DNA of 63,920 nt, filler included, from Vicugna vicugna (taxonomy: Eukaryota), in the NCBI GenBank assembly GCA_013265495.1. It is 76 parts of 74 records of this genome, joined end to end, with 100 filler letters (N's around TTAATTAATTAA, not from the genome) between each part and the next. Parts side by side here need not be neighbours in the genome. Positions count along the whole stretch, not along the records: positions 49,533 to 49,872 come from MU058105.1; positions 49,973 to 50,675 come from MU058106.1; positions 50,776 to 50,953 come from MU058106.1; positions 51,054 to 51,543 come from PNXW01003209.1; positions 51,644 to 52,392 come from MU058107.1; positions 52,493 to 53,727 come from MU058108.1; positions 53,828 to 54,335 come from PNXW01003216.1; positions 54,436 to 54,902 come from PNXW01003217.1; 68 more parts are not named here. One strand, 5' to 3'. Positions 49,433 to 61,560 of this stretch are shown here, piece by piece. Within the stretch, counting starts at the first letter, position 1. Every line of letters starts with the position of its first letter. The translations under genes and the position numbers were made by a program. The notes under the pieces were generated by a model. It ran no database searches. It worked only from the letters and a program-made list of their open reading frames with translations, and was not told the DNA's origin.

Positions 49433-50859
49433 NNNNNNNNNNNNNNNNNNNNNNNNNNNNNNNNNNNNNNNNNNNNTTAATTAATTAANNNNNNNNNNNN
49501 NNNNNNNNNNNNNNNNNNNNNNNNNNNNNNNNAGCAGTTTTTTTGTTTTTTCTTTTCTGAAGCTAATCTCACATCATCCAAGCGCAAGTGGATCACATTA
49601 GAGTCTAGGCTCACTTTGTTCGGAGACTGAATCTCACTTAAGAATCTGCATACGCACAGGGATTACCTTTAAGCCTTCCTCTGCTGACGACTTGCCTTGC
49701 CTCTGCTTCTGAGACAGATGGATGCCCATCCATCTCAGAACAGGGGACGGGAGCTCACTTACCACAGATCTCATTTAACATGTGTCAGAGAGCATCCCGG
49801 GCACCTGGCGTGATTATCTCATCAGCCCCCACCCCGCTGTCTATGGCAGAGGGAAACAAACGAGCTCGGGGGNNNNNNNNNNNNNNNNNNNNNNNNNNNN
49901 NNNNNNNNNNNNNNNNTTAATTAATTAANNNNNNNNNNNNNNNNNNNNNNNNNNNNNNNNNNNNNNNNNNNNCTCAGAGTGATGCAGGATTTTTCCTTTT
50001 TATATTTCAATGATTCTCTCTAAATTATTTCTAGTTATGGAATTAACCCTCTTAGCCTTCAGGGTGCATTAAAACTGTGGAAGAGGAACAGGCAGCAAAA
50101 TGAATTCAAGCAAAAAGAAAGTGTTGAAGTCATAGTAAAATTCTGAAAAAATATTTAACATTTTTATTTTCTAATTAACCCCCACCAAGGTGTCTTATTG
50201 TTTTTGATTGACTGTTTCATTTGGCCTCCTTCAATTTGCAGGGCAGGGCTAAGCACATTTTGGGTTCACAGCTCATTGTTTTTCTATTTGTGGAAATCCA
50301 GTCCCTTGTGTCATTTGACTTTCTTTCCTTTCTCCATTCTCCATTCTCATCCCACTCACTTTTACTGAGGTGTTTGAAATCCTTACAATTTTCTCTTAAA
50401 TATCTTTTGTAATTATACATATTTTAAGTTAGCTAAATGATGCCTTATTCTGTTTCCTACTCTCGACTCAACACTATGACTTTGAGGTCTGGATATTATT
50501 GCTGAATGTATCTGTATATTCTAGATATATTTGTGAAACATTTGTAGAGTATTTTACACTCTATTGTGTCATTTTATAAATAGAAATTTGGTGGGTTTTT
50601 TTTTAAGTCTAAGTTATCCTTTGTCTTATTTAGTTAATACTTCCTTATATGGTTAGACCTCTGGGTCTGGTCTTCNNNNNNNNNNNNNNNNNNNNNNNNN
50701 NNNNNNNNNNNNNNNNNNNTTAATTAATTAANNNNNNNNNNNNNNNNNNNNNNNNNNNNNNNNNNNNNNNNNNNNGTCTTTCTCTTCAACTCTCTTTTCT
50801 TTCTGAGCTTTCAACGGAATTGCCCCTGCGGGTCCAATGACAGCAGTGGACTTTTTCTA

Positions 50860-50953
50860 ACATGCATTTCAAAACCCAGGCGTTACCCATTGCCCAGTGC
50901 TAAAGCTTCTGCCCCTTTTTTAGGTATTTGTTACAGCAATTCCCCACCTCTCA
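50860..50953 (-). mobile_element. Possible MaLR internal-region fragment near the LTR boundary
   Basis: CCCATTGCCCAGTGCTAAAGC...TTTTAGGTATTTGTTACAGCAATTCCCCAC resembles MaLR-int next to the LTR. Confidence 0.4.
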
Positions 50954-51643
50954 NNNNNNNNNNNNNNNNNNNNNNNNNNNNNNNNNNNNNNNNNNNNTTA
51001 ATTAATTAANNNNNNNNNNNNNNNNNNNNNNNNNNNNNNNNNNNNNNNNNNNNTGTCTTGCCTTTTACCTGTGACCACGCTCCCACCCCTGCGTGTGCGT
51101 TGTCGTGTCGTTCTTTGGGCACTTATGGTCTTCTGTTTAACAGCAGTGCTTTAGTCACTGTTTTCATAGATCGTTGGCATCACGTTGTGTGGGTAATAGT
51201 ACCATGGAAGTGTCTTGCTTTTGGATTTAAGATTTAGGGTGTTTTTTTTTCCTTTTCTCTCTCATAAGCGATGTTTGTCTTGGTACATAAAAGTCTGCAC
51301 ACAAGTGGATTTCCCTCTTCGGGCATGGCTATTTTTAAGGCTCTCTGTGACCATGAAAGGTTAGCTGCTCTGCCTTCTTGGAGAAACAAACCTCTCTTCC
51401 CCCTGGGAGCCTCCCCAGGCAGGAGCAGCGCTCTTCACCCCTGAGCTGGGGTGAGGCAGCGCCAGTTCTGCTCGGAGTCTGGATCACTTCCTGTAGTTCT
51501 GTCATTCTTTAAAGTTTTCTTTACATGGAGAGTCAGCTTCAGTNNNNNNNNNNNNNNNNNNNNNNNNNNNNNNNNNNNNNNNNNNNNTTAATTAATTAAN
51601 NNNNNNNNNNNNNNNNNNNNNNNNNNNNNNNNNNNNNNNNNNN

Positions 51644-52392
51644 GCTGTCAGTTTGAGGAACCTCCCCACACTCAGAATATCAGAACACTTCTTCGCGTGT
51701 TTGCTGGATGTAGGGAAACAAACAAAGCATCTTTCAGGGGGCACATTTATTCCATGGTTGTGGGTTGTAGGTTAAAAACCCACATCCCATGGATAGGCTC
51801 TCGCTAATACTTGTTTTAGAGCCCAACCCCCACTTTCCCCCACTTTCCAGCCTAGGCATGCCATCAGGGAAGNNNNNNNNNNNNNNNNNNNNNNNNNNNN
51901 NNNNNNNNNNNNNNNNNNNNNNNNNNNNNNNNNNNNNNNNNNNNNNNNNNNNNNNNNNNNNNNNNNNNNNNNNNNNNNNNNNNNNNNNNNNNNNNNNNNN
52001 NNNNNNNNNNNNNNNNNNNNNNNNNNNNNNNNNNNNNNNNNNNNNNNNNNNNNNNNNNNNNNNNNNNNNNNNNNNNNNNNNNNNNNNNNNNNNNNNNNNN
52101 NNNNNNNNNNNNNNNNNNNNNNNNNNNNNNNNNNNNNNNNNNNNNNNNNNNNNNNNNNNNNNNNNNNNNNNNNNNNNNNNNNNNNNNNNNNNNNNNNNNN
52201 NNNNNNNNNNNNNNNNNNNNNNNNNNNNNNNNNNNNNNNNNNNNNNNCACACGCATTTTTCAGGGGTCACAGTAATTCCGTTCTTGTGGGTTGTAGTTTA
52301 ATCATCTCAACGGCCCATGGAGATGCACACGCTAATACTTAGTTTTCGATCCCAATTCCCACTTTCAACCACACACTGGCCTAGGCAAACCA
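51644..52392 (+). repeat. Satellite C, gapped
   Basis: The 5' contig matches 44065-44295. The 3' contig matches 12298-12431. Confidence 0.87.
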
Positions 52393-52492
52393 NNNNNNNN
52401 NNNNNNNNNNNNNNNNNNNNNNNNNNNNNNNNNNNNTTAATTAATTAANNNNNNNNNNNNNNNNNNNNNNNNNNNNNNNNNNNNNNNNNNNN

Positions 52493-53727
52493 CAGGGAAT
52501 GCTTGGGGTGATTGCAGGATATCCCAGTGACCGAGGAATCCACCCCAAGTTCAGGGAAGGTATTCTAGGACTTCCCCGAACAGGGAACACCTGTGACTGA
52601 AGAGAGCTGCGTGGAGTTGTCTCTCGAGCTCCACCACGCACTGACAATGTTTCCGGAATCCTGAGCTTGGGGAGGTTCCACCANNNNNNNNNNNNNNNNN
52701 NNNNNNNNNNNNNNNNNNNNNNNNNNNNNNNNNNNNNNNNNNNNNNNNNNNNNNNNNNNNNNNNNNNNNNNNNNNNNNNNNNNNNNNNNNNNNNNNNNNN
52801 NNNNNNNNNNNNNNNNNNNNNNNNNNNNNNNNNNNNNNNNNNNNNNNNNNNNNNNNNNNNNNNNNNNNNNNNNNNNNNNNNNNNNNNNNNNNNNNNNNNN
52901 NNNNNNNNNNNNNNNNNNNNNNNNNNNNNNNNNNNNNNNNNNNNNNNNNNNNNNNNNNNNNNNNNNNNNNNNNNNNNNNNNNNNNNNNNNNNNNNNNNNN
53001 NNNNNNNNNNNNNNNNNNNNNNNNNNNNNNNNNNNNNNNNNNNNNNNNNNNNNNNNNNNNNNNNNNNNNNNNNNNNNNNNGGAACACCTGTGACTGAAGA
53101 GAGCTGCGTGGAGTTGTCTCTCGAGCTCCCCCACGCACTGACAATGGTTCCGGAAACCTGAGCGTGGGGAGGTTCCACCAATGGACGGCAGCGCTTGGGT
53201 TCTAACGGAATGCCTAAGCTCATCTCCCCTGAGGGTTTTCCTAATGTCTCTGTGCCAGGGAATGCTAGGGGTGATTGAAGGATATCCCAGTGTCAGAGTA
53301 TGCCTCCCCAAGGACAGGGAAGATTTTTCTCGGGCTTCCCCGAACAGGGAAATCCTGTGACCGAACAGAGCTGCGTGGAGTTGCCTCTCGAGCTCCCCCA
53401 TGCACTGACAATTTATCCGGAATCCTAAGCGTGGGGAGGTTCCACCATCGGTCGGCAGCGCGTGGGTTCTAACGGAATGCCTAAGCTCGTCTCCCCTGAG
53501 TGTTTTCCTAATGTCTTTGTGCCAGGGAATGATAGGGGTGATTGCACGATATCCCAGTGACAGAGGCTGTCTCCCCATGATCACGGAAGTTATTTCTCGG
53601 ACTTCCCCGCACAGGGAAATCATTGGACTGAAGAGAGCTGCGTGGAGTTGCCTCTCGAGCTCCCCCATGCACTGACAATTTATCCGGAATCCTAAGCGTG
53701 GGGAGGTTCCACCATCGGTCGGCAGCG
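52493..53727 (-). repeat. Satellite A (267 bp), gapped
   Basis: Reverse-complement consensus. One frame is open through 53668-53081. Confidence 0.96.
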
Positions 53728-53827
53728 NNNNNNNNNNNNNNNNNNNNNNNNNNNNNNNNNNNNNNNNNNNNTTAATTAATTAANNNNNNNNNNNNNNNNN
53801 NNNNNNNNNNNNNNNNNNNNNNNNNNN

Positions 53828-54335
53828 ACCTGTGCCCCCAGAAAGATGCGTGGACACTGTTTCCCTCCTCCATCACACACACGGCATTGGTTCAGATGTC
53901 TTGAGAGTGGGGAGGTTCTTCCCACTAACAGCAGCGCCTGGGTCCTAATACAATACCTTAACTTGTCTTCCAATGGATTGAAAAGACCGGTGTGCGGGGG
54001 AAAGTTGGGATTTGGCTCTAAACCAAGTATTAGCGAGAGACTATCCATGGGATGTGGGTGTTTGACATACAACCCACAACCATGGAATACCTGTGCCCCA
54101 TGAAAAATGCGTGTGCTATGTTAGTTTCCCCACGCACACACAGGATGGAGTGTTCTGGGGTTCTGAGTGCGGGGAGGTTCCTCCAACAGACAGCAGCACC
54201 TGGCTTTTAATAGAATCCCTTAGCTTGACTTCCCTAAGTGTTTTGCTATTCCTAGCAGTAAGCGACGGTGGGGGATGGGCTCTAAAGCCTAGTATTAGCA
54301 AATGCATCTCTGTGGGCAGTGGAGGGTTTTAAACT
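53828..54335 (-). repeat. Satellite C
   Basis: Reverse complement matches 43925-44430 in the same monomer order. Confidence 0.87.
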
Positions 54336-54484
54336 NNNNNNNNNNNNNNNNNNNNNNNNNNNNNNNNNNNNNNNNNNNNTTAATTAATTAANNNNNNNNN
54401 NNNNNNNNNNNNNNNNNNNNNNNNNNNNNNNNNNNATTAGATTTGCTGTATTCCAGGGAGCAAGGACCATTTTCCACTTCAAAC

Positions 54485-54902
54485 ATGCTTTGTGCCTCTC
54501 ACCTACTTCTTGTGATCTTATTATACAGTAAGTGACGCCTTACCCTAAGTGCTAATACTTTTTTTATTTTCCTATAATCCTAGTTAACTTTTAGTTTTCT
54601 TGTCTGCCTCAAAACCCTCCTCCTGTGCATTTCCAACATAACAAGGTGATTCTCTTTTAGGGGGAACCAGTGGAGACTCAGTGACCCAGACTGAAGTCCA
54701 TCAGAGCGGGAGCTTTTGATGCTGAACTGCACTTACCAGACCACTGATTCAGATCCCTACCTGTTTTGGTATGTGCAGTACGTCAACAAAGCTCCTCAAC
54801 TCCTCCTGAAGGGCTCGACTGCAAACCCGAGGCCCGAGCATCAAGGTTTTCAGGCCCCTCTTGATAAGAGTAGCAGGACCTTCCACCTGCAGAAACCGTC
54901 CG
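54485..54902 (+). pseudogene. TRAV18-like: T-cell receptor alpha variable segment, TRAV18-like (mouse Trav12 subgroup), frameshifted in FR1 and truncated by the scaffold end
   Basis: Leader exon 54485-54527 (MLCASHLLLVILLY + phase 1), GTAAGT donor, TTTTAG acceptor at 54660. V exon RGTSGDSVTQTE, then a frameshift (TGA at 54717-54719 in the leader frame). The shifted frame reads SERELLMLNCTYQTTDSDPYLFWYVQYVNKAPQLLLKGSTANPRPEHQGFQAPLDKSSRTFHLQKPS with the first Cys and the conserved Trp. Confidence 0.88.
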
Positions 54903-57358
54903 NNNNNNNNNNNNNNNNNNNNNNNNNNNNNNNNNNNNNNNNNNNNTTAATTAATTAANNNNNNNNNNNNNNNNNNNNNNNNNNNNNNNNNNNNNNNNNN
55001 NNCCCCTTGCCATGGACTCTCTTCAGGAACCAGCATATGGGCATTGACTTCTGGAGAACACTTTTTCGGCTGCAGGAAATTTTCTCACATACTGCGATTG
55101 AAAAATCACTCCAGCTGGGGATAATTAGGGAAAAAAGGAAAAGGAAAAGTGTTTGGAGTAGAGTAGAAGAGTAGGACATAAGATCACGGAACCTGAGTTG
55201 TTGGCAGCGGGGCCACGCAAGAGAGAGGAGCNNNNNNNNNNNNNNNNNNNNNNNNNNNNNNNNNNNNNNNNNNNNNNNNNNNNNNNNNNNNNNNNNNNNN
55301 NNNNNNNNNNNNNNNNNNNNNNNNNNNNNNNNNNNNNNNNNNNNNNNNNNNNNNNNNNNNNNNNNNNNNNNNNNNNNNNNNNNNNNNNNNNNNNNNNNNN
55401 NNNNNNNNNNNNNNNNNNNNNNNNNNNNNNNNNNNNNNNNNNNNNNNNNNNNNNNNNNNNNNNNNNNNNNNNNNNNNNNNNNNNNNNNNNNNNNNNNNNN
55501 NNNNNNNNNNNNNNNNNNNNNNNNNNNNNNNNNNNNNNNNNNNNNNNNNNNNNNNNAGGACACTTGAGCAAAGTACAATTACTTCACAAATATTGCATAG
55601 AGCTGCAGGTGTAAGAGAGCCTAAGCCTGCCTCAGAGTGCAGGAGACAAGCGGAAAGGAATGGCAAAATTTCCGCTGTCAATTGAAATTTTGTTAAATAG
55701 ACTGCTACTGTTGTTTGTANNNNNNNNNNNNNNNNNNNNNNNNNNNNNNNNNNNNNNNNNNNNTTAATTAATTAANNNNNNNNNNNNNNNNNNNNNNNNN
55801 NNNNNNNNNNNNNNNNNNNGATGATCTAGGAGCAGTGGCACCAGCCCTAATCACACAGGCTTCAGGCCCCTTGGCCACTCCCATCCCAGCCCCTTTCCAC
55901 TCCCTGTCAAATGTACAAACCTGCACTCAGCCTCCCAAGTGCCCATCCTCCCTCGTTCTCTGCCTAACTTTACCTCTGTTATAAACCCTGCATGGACAAT
56001 GGGGAATCAGCAGGCTGTGAAACACACCTGACGTCCCAGGGTCAACGTCTGATGCGGAGATGGGCCACCTGTGTATAAATTGTCCACCACAAGGTCATGT
56101 AGATGTCATGTTGGTCAAGAGGTTCGAGCTCAGGAGACTCTTCTGGGAGTCTGTCTGGTGGTCACAGAATCACCCAGTTCTCACTGGTGAGCTGCGGTGT
56201 CGTGAGATGTCCTGGTGATGACAGCAGACCCCAGGCTCACGAGGCTGCTTGCTGGGGGGCGGACTGAACCAGCCTAACCTCACGTCCTGGTGTGGATGCA
56301 AACGAGTCCAGGTCCCCATCACCTCTGGGCTCTACTGTCACCCCTGTCTCCCGAGTACCTCATCGCTGTGACCAACCTGGTGTTTCTAGTATAAACAAGT
56401 GGATGTGGTCTCTGCACATTTCCCTCCTGGGCAGGATCCAATGAGCTTCCTTGAGCTCCCAGGTCCTCCCGGAAGTGTGAAGAGGAAGCACCGTGGGCTC
56501 TGGACGTGGACCTTCTGGGTCTGTTTCCCAGCAGCACCAGCTGCATGTGACGCTGTCCAGTCATTTAACCAGACTGTCAACTTCCCCCAGGCAAGAGGTC
56601 GAGAAGTGGGTTTCGTGGATGGTGAATCCTTCTGTTCCAGGTGTTGATTGTGACAGAAGAAATTTCCACANNNNNNNNNNNNNNNNNNNNNNNNNNNNNN
56701 NNNNNNNNNNNNNNTTAATTAATTAANNNNNNNNNNNNNNNNNNNNNNNNNNNNNNNNNNNNNNNNNNNNGAAGGGTCCTGCTGCCCGAGGTGGAGCCCA
56801 TGCATTCTGGGTATGCCTTTTCCCTCCCGGGTATCTGAGCTGAACACGGTCCTGGTCTAATCTGGCAGCAGAGGGTCGAGTGGACAGAATCAGGAGTGTT
56901 CCTGACCGGGCAGGGCTCTGAGACTTCCAGGCTGGGTCAGCTGCTGTTCACTATCATTGCAGAGCCAGATACCACATACTGAACCGAAGCTGATGAAAAA
57001 GAACACCAAAGACACCCTCCCCAAGTGAAGGGCTGTTGTGCCACTCTTCTGAGGGCCAGCGCAGGCTCCAGGTGGGTCTGGATATGGAGGGGTCCCCACA
57101 GCCATGGCCCACAAACCAGTGGGGCAGGCCTCGGACCCAGACTTCACCCAGGGCTCTCCCCAGGGAACTGCCCTGGGCTTACGGGTAGCTCAGCACAACC
57201 GGCTCTGAAATGAAGCACCGTGCCCACCTCGCTGCAAGTCAGGTGGAGGACCAGGAGCNNNNNNNNNNNNNNNNNNNNNNNNNNNNNNNNNNNNNNNNNN
57301 NNTTAATTAATTAANNNNNNNNNNNNNNNNNNNNNNNNNNNNNNNNNNNNNNNNNNNN

Positions 57359-58101
57359 CAGATTACTGAATATAGAATTCAGAATATAGAATGTAGAACA
57401 AAGATTTAGATTATAGAATACAGAATACTGAATACAGAAAGTAGAATATAGAATGTAGAACACAGAATATAGATTATAGACTACGGAATGCAGAATATAG
57501 AATATAGAATATAGAATAATGAGCACAAAATATAGAATAGAGAATATAGAACACAGAATTTAGAACATGGAATTCAGANNNNNNNNNNNNNNNNNNNNNN
57601 NNNNNNNNNNNNNNNNNNNNNNNNNNNNNNNNNNNNNNNNNNNNNNNNNNNNNNNNNNNNNNNNNNNNNNNNNNNNNNNNNNNNNNNNNNNNNNNNNNNN
57701 NNNNNNNNNNNNNNNNNNNNNNNNNNNNNNNNNNNNNNNNNNNNNNNNNNNNNNNNNNNNNNNNNNNNNNNNNNNNNNNNNNNNNNNNNNNNNNNNNNNN
57801 NNNNNNNNNNNNNNNNNNNNNNNNNNNNNNNNNNNNNNNNNNNNNNNNNNNNNNNNNNNNNNNNNNNNNNNNNNNNNNNNNNNNNNNNNNNNNNNNNNNN
57901 NNNNNNNNNNNNNNNNNNNNNNNNNNNNNNNNNNNNNNNNNNNNNNNNNNNNNNNNNNNNNNNNNNNNNNNNNNNNNNNNNNNNNNNNNNNNNNNNNNNN
58001 NNNNNNNNNNNNNNNTAAGGAATGCACACAATACAGAATATAGAATGGAGAACAACTAATATAGAATATGGAAAACAGAATACAGAACCCAAAATTTAGA
58101 A
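57359..58101 (+). repeat. Satellite E (7-bp), gapped
   Basis: Heptamer array. Confidence 0.95.
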
Positions 58102-58201
58102 NNNNNNNNNNNNNNNNNNNNNNNNNNNNNNNNNNNNNNNNNNNNTTAATTAATTAANNNNNNNNNNNNNNNNNNNNNNNNNNNNNNNNNNNNNNNNNNN
58201 N

Positions 58202-58370
58202 CCCGACCCCGCGCGGCCCCGCGACAGCCTCCGCGCCCCGCCCTGCTCGCCCCGCTCGCGGGCCCCGCGCCCCCGCCCTCCCGCTTGGCCGCTCACCCGG
58301 CCGCCGCGGGTCCCGGTCCCGGGAAGAGGCGTCTACGCCAACGGCCTCAGGCCTACGCTGCCCCGAAGTG
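58202..58370 (-). promoter_or_regulatory. CpG-island edge with GC boxes and a candidate first-exon splice donor
   Basis: Very GC- and CpG-dense. CCCCGCCC at ~58236 and ~58271. The minus strand reads GCCGG|GTGAGCG at 58296. Confidence 0.6.
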
Positions 58371-58509
58371 TTTAAGACATCTAAAAACCTCAATGAAAGT
58401 TATCACTGAAGTTCATAGAAATGCAAATGATAGCAGTAGCACTCCTACTATTAATCAAAAGTAACTACCGCTTCACTACTTGCCATGCACTGCCAAGCAG
58501 TTTTTTTTG

Positions 58510-58680
58510 TAATCTATTCGACGACTATTTCTTCAACATCTAGTATGTGCCAGGCACTAGGAAAACACTGGTAAACAAGACAGGCAGCAACCCTGCCTTT
58601 ACGGGACATGTAGTGAGAGACGAGAAACCATTAACAAATTGATTTCCGATAATGTTAAGTGTGCAATAAAGAATGCCTGG
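58510..58680 (-). mobile_element. L2 3' end fragment
   Basis: TATTTCTTCAACATCTAGTATGTGCCAGGCACTAG...GGTAAACAAGACAG..CCCTGCCTTTACGG. Confidence 0.65.
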
Positions 58681-58694
58681 AGAGGGTCTACATT

Positions 58695-58875
58695 AAATTC
58701 TCACAACTATTCCGTGAAGCATAGAAACTATTGTAACTGCTGTTCTACAGATTAGGAAATTCAGGCATAAAAATGGTAAGAAACTCCCAAGATAGGAAAA
58801 ATGTTAAGAAATCTCCAAGGATTCAATCTTGGAGCCTCCTAGCACCACAGCCATGCTGTAAACCACTGTGTCATA
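58695..58875 (-). mobile_element. MIR SINE
   Basis: AATTCTCACAACTA..GTGAAG.ATAGAAACTATT...TTCTACAGAT.AGGAAAT.CAGGCATAAAAATGGTAAGAAACT.CCAAGAT...AGGATTCAA. Confidence 0.7.
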
Positions 58876-59126
58876 GTGCCATCTGTATCCAGTCCTCTGG
58901 TCAACCTTTCTTAGGCAGCTCCATATTCCCCACTCCTATAATTTCCAATACAATAAGGGACACTATTCCACTCTTTAATGCCCCTTATTCCCAAGGATAG
59001 ACATGGACTCCTCCGTCCCTAGCCTCNNNNNNNNNNNNNNNNNNNNNNNNNNNNNNNNNNNNNNNNNNNNTTAATTAATTAANNNNNNNNNNNNNNNNNN
59101 NNNNNNNNNNNNNNNNNNNNNNNNNN

Positions 59127-59635
59127 TGTCTCCCCAGGGTTAGGGAAGTTATTGCTCAGAATTCCCTGAACTGGGAACCCACCTGTGACTGAAGAGAGCT
59201 GCGTGGATTTGATCCTCGAGCTCCCCAAAGCATGGAGAATGCTCCCGGAACCCTGAGCGTGGGGAGGTTCCACCAATGGTCGGCAGCTACTGGGTTCTAA
59301 CGGAATGCATAAGCTCGCCTCCCCTGAGGGTTTTCCTAATATCTCTGCCAGGGNNNNNNNNNNNNNNNNNNNNNNNNNNNNNNNNNNNNNNNNNNNNNNN
59401 NNNNNNNNNNNNNNNNNNNNNNNNNNNNNNNNNNNNNNNNNNNNNNNNNNNNNNNNNNNNNNNNNNNNNNNNNNNNNNNNNNTCCCCCACGCACGGAGAA
59501 TGCTCCCGGAACCCTGAGTGTGGGGAGATTCCACCAATGGTCGGCACCTACTCGGTTCTAACGGAATGCATAAGCTCGCCTCCCCTGAGCGTTTTCCTAA
59601 TATCTCTGCCAGGGAATGGTAGGGGGGTTTGCAGG
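59127..59635 (-). repeat. Satellite A subfamily (same type as 29832-30846)
   Basis: GAGAATGCTCCCGGAACCCTGAG, GGGAACCCACCTG and GGAATGCATAAGCTCGCCTCCCC variants. Confidence 0.9.
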
Positions 59636-59735
59636 NNNNNNNNNNNNNNNNNNNNNNNNNNNNNNNNNNNNNNNNNNNNTTAATTAATTAANNNNNNNNN
59701 NNNNNNNNNNNNNNNNNNNNNNNNNNNNNNNNNNN

Positions 59736-60426
59736 ATCTACTAAAATAAAAGAAATAAATGCAAAAATAAACAATTGGGACCTAATTAAACTTCAAGGGT
59801 TTTACACAGCAAAGGAAACCATCTACAACATGAAAAGTTAAGTTCCTGAATGGGAGAAAATACTTGCAAATGCTGTGACTGACAAGGGATTAATATCTAA
59901 CACATATAAACAGCTCATACAACTCAACATCAAAAAAACAAACAAAAACAAAAACAAACAGCCGGATTAAAACATTGGCAGAAAAACTGAATAAACATTT
60001 TTCCAAAGAGGAAATGCAGATGGCCAACAGGCACACGAAAAGAAGCTCAACAAGGTTAATCACCATGGAAATGCAAATCAAAACCACAAAGAGATACCAC
60101 CTCACATCTGTCAGAATGGCTATCCTCAAAAAGAACACAAATAAAAATGTCAGCGAGGATATGGAGAAAAGGGGATCCTTGTGCACTGTTGTTAGGAATG
60201 TAAGTTGGTGCAGCCACCCTAGAGAACAGTATGGAGGTTTCTCAAAAAACTAAAAATAGAACTACCATATGATTCAGCCATCCCACTCCTAGGTANNNNN
60301 NNNNNNNNNNNNNNNNNNNNNNNNNNNNNNNNNNNNNNNNNNNNNNNNNNNNNNNNNNNNNNNNNNNNNNNNNNNNNNNNNNNNNNNNNNNNNNNNNNNN
60401 NNNNNNNNNNNNNNNNNNNNNNNNNN

Positions 60427-60463
<37 letters not shown>

Positions 60464-60775
60464 TACAACTCAGCCATAAAAAAAATGAAAAAAATTTTGC
60501 CATTTGCAGCAACATGGATGGACTTGGAGGGCATAAATTAGACACTGAAAAACAAATACTGTATGATCTCATTTATGTGTGGAATCTAAAAACTGGAACA
60601 AACTAGTGATGCTGACTCACATATATAGAGAACAAACCAGTGGTTACCATTGCGGGGGCAATATAAGTAGGGATGTGGGAGGTACGGACTGTTGAGTATA
60701 AGGTAAGCTCAAGGATGTATTATACAAAACGGAATATAGCCAATATTTTGGAACAACTGTAAATGGAAAGTAACA
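59736..60775 (+). mobile_element. L1 3' fragment (ORF2 C-terminus and 3'UTR)
   Basis: Translates AKINNWDLIKL.GFYTAKET...EWEKILAN..TDKGLIS and [25 protein letters not shown]...EMQIKTT.RYHLT.VRMA; L1 3'UTR follows. Confidence 0.95.
60427..60458 (+). repeat. (CA)n microsatellite inside the L1
   Basis: About 16 CA units abutting a gap. Confidence 0.95.
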
Positions 60776-61199
60776 NNNNNNNNNNNNNNNNNNNNNNNNN
60801 NNNNNNNNNNNNNNNNNNNTTAATTAATTAANNNNNNNNNNNNNNNNNNNNNNNNNNNNNNNNNNNNNNNNNNNNTTTTAAAACATTTTCATCATGAGCC
60901 TGAATCTTCACAAAGAGTGAATCTTCACAAAGAGTGATGTGAAGGGAAACAGACGAGAGAGGAAAGATCACAGGAATACCACGGTATCTGCAAGCTCAGA
61001 GGGCAGAGAATCTGGGGACGGAACGTCACCCAGAGACATTCGTGTCCACCAGTAACCCCCCACGCTCACCACGCTGTCACAGGCTCCCAGCACACCTGCC
61101 TCGTCCTGGCGTCTCCCCACCCAGCCTCCACGTACCAACCTTCCCTTCTCTCCTGGGTAGTAATGGAAGCTCCAAATTATTTTTCCTCCAATAGAGGGG

Positions 61200-61560
61200 G
61201 CAACATGCCCCTCCTCGGAAGAAAAAGAGATGATAAATGTGGAGAAAGGACAGAGACTGGAGGGAGAGTCACAAAGCCAGGGTCCGTCCAGGAGGATTCT
61301 GTAAGGAGAAAGCAGAGTTGAGTTGGGGGGAAAAATCACTGAGAGAAGTAACAGAAGAAAATCAGTCTTGGCTGAAGAAACGTAGGCGTCTTCAGACAGA
61401 TAGAATTTGGGCAGAATAAATCTTGAAAGACTTGCAGAGCTCTTGAGGGAGTTTCAAGATGAAGAGAAAATTCTGAAAGCGTCTGAAGAATCAAAGCAGT
61501 TTACCCAAAGGACGAAGCAGGCTGCCCCGGCGTCTTGGCAGAAGCACTGACCCCTGCGGG
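61200..61560 (+). mobile_element. Ancient L1/HAL1 ORF1-like fragment
   Basis: Partial translations EVTEENQSWLKK..RLQTDR and DEEKILKASEESKQFTQR resemble L1 ORF1p EII.ENFP.L....LQIER and KEKILKAAREKKQITYKG. Confidence 0.5.

Noticed and set aside
60901..60937. 17-bp tandem duplication (TGAATCTTCACAAAGAG x2); similar short duplications near 63010-63075 and 63160-63180
   Set aside because: Ordinary slippage-type micro-duplications with no further structure.
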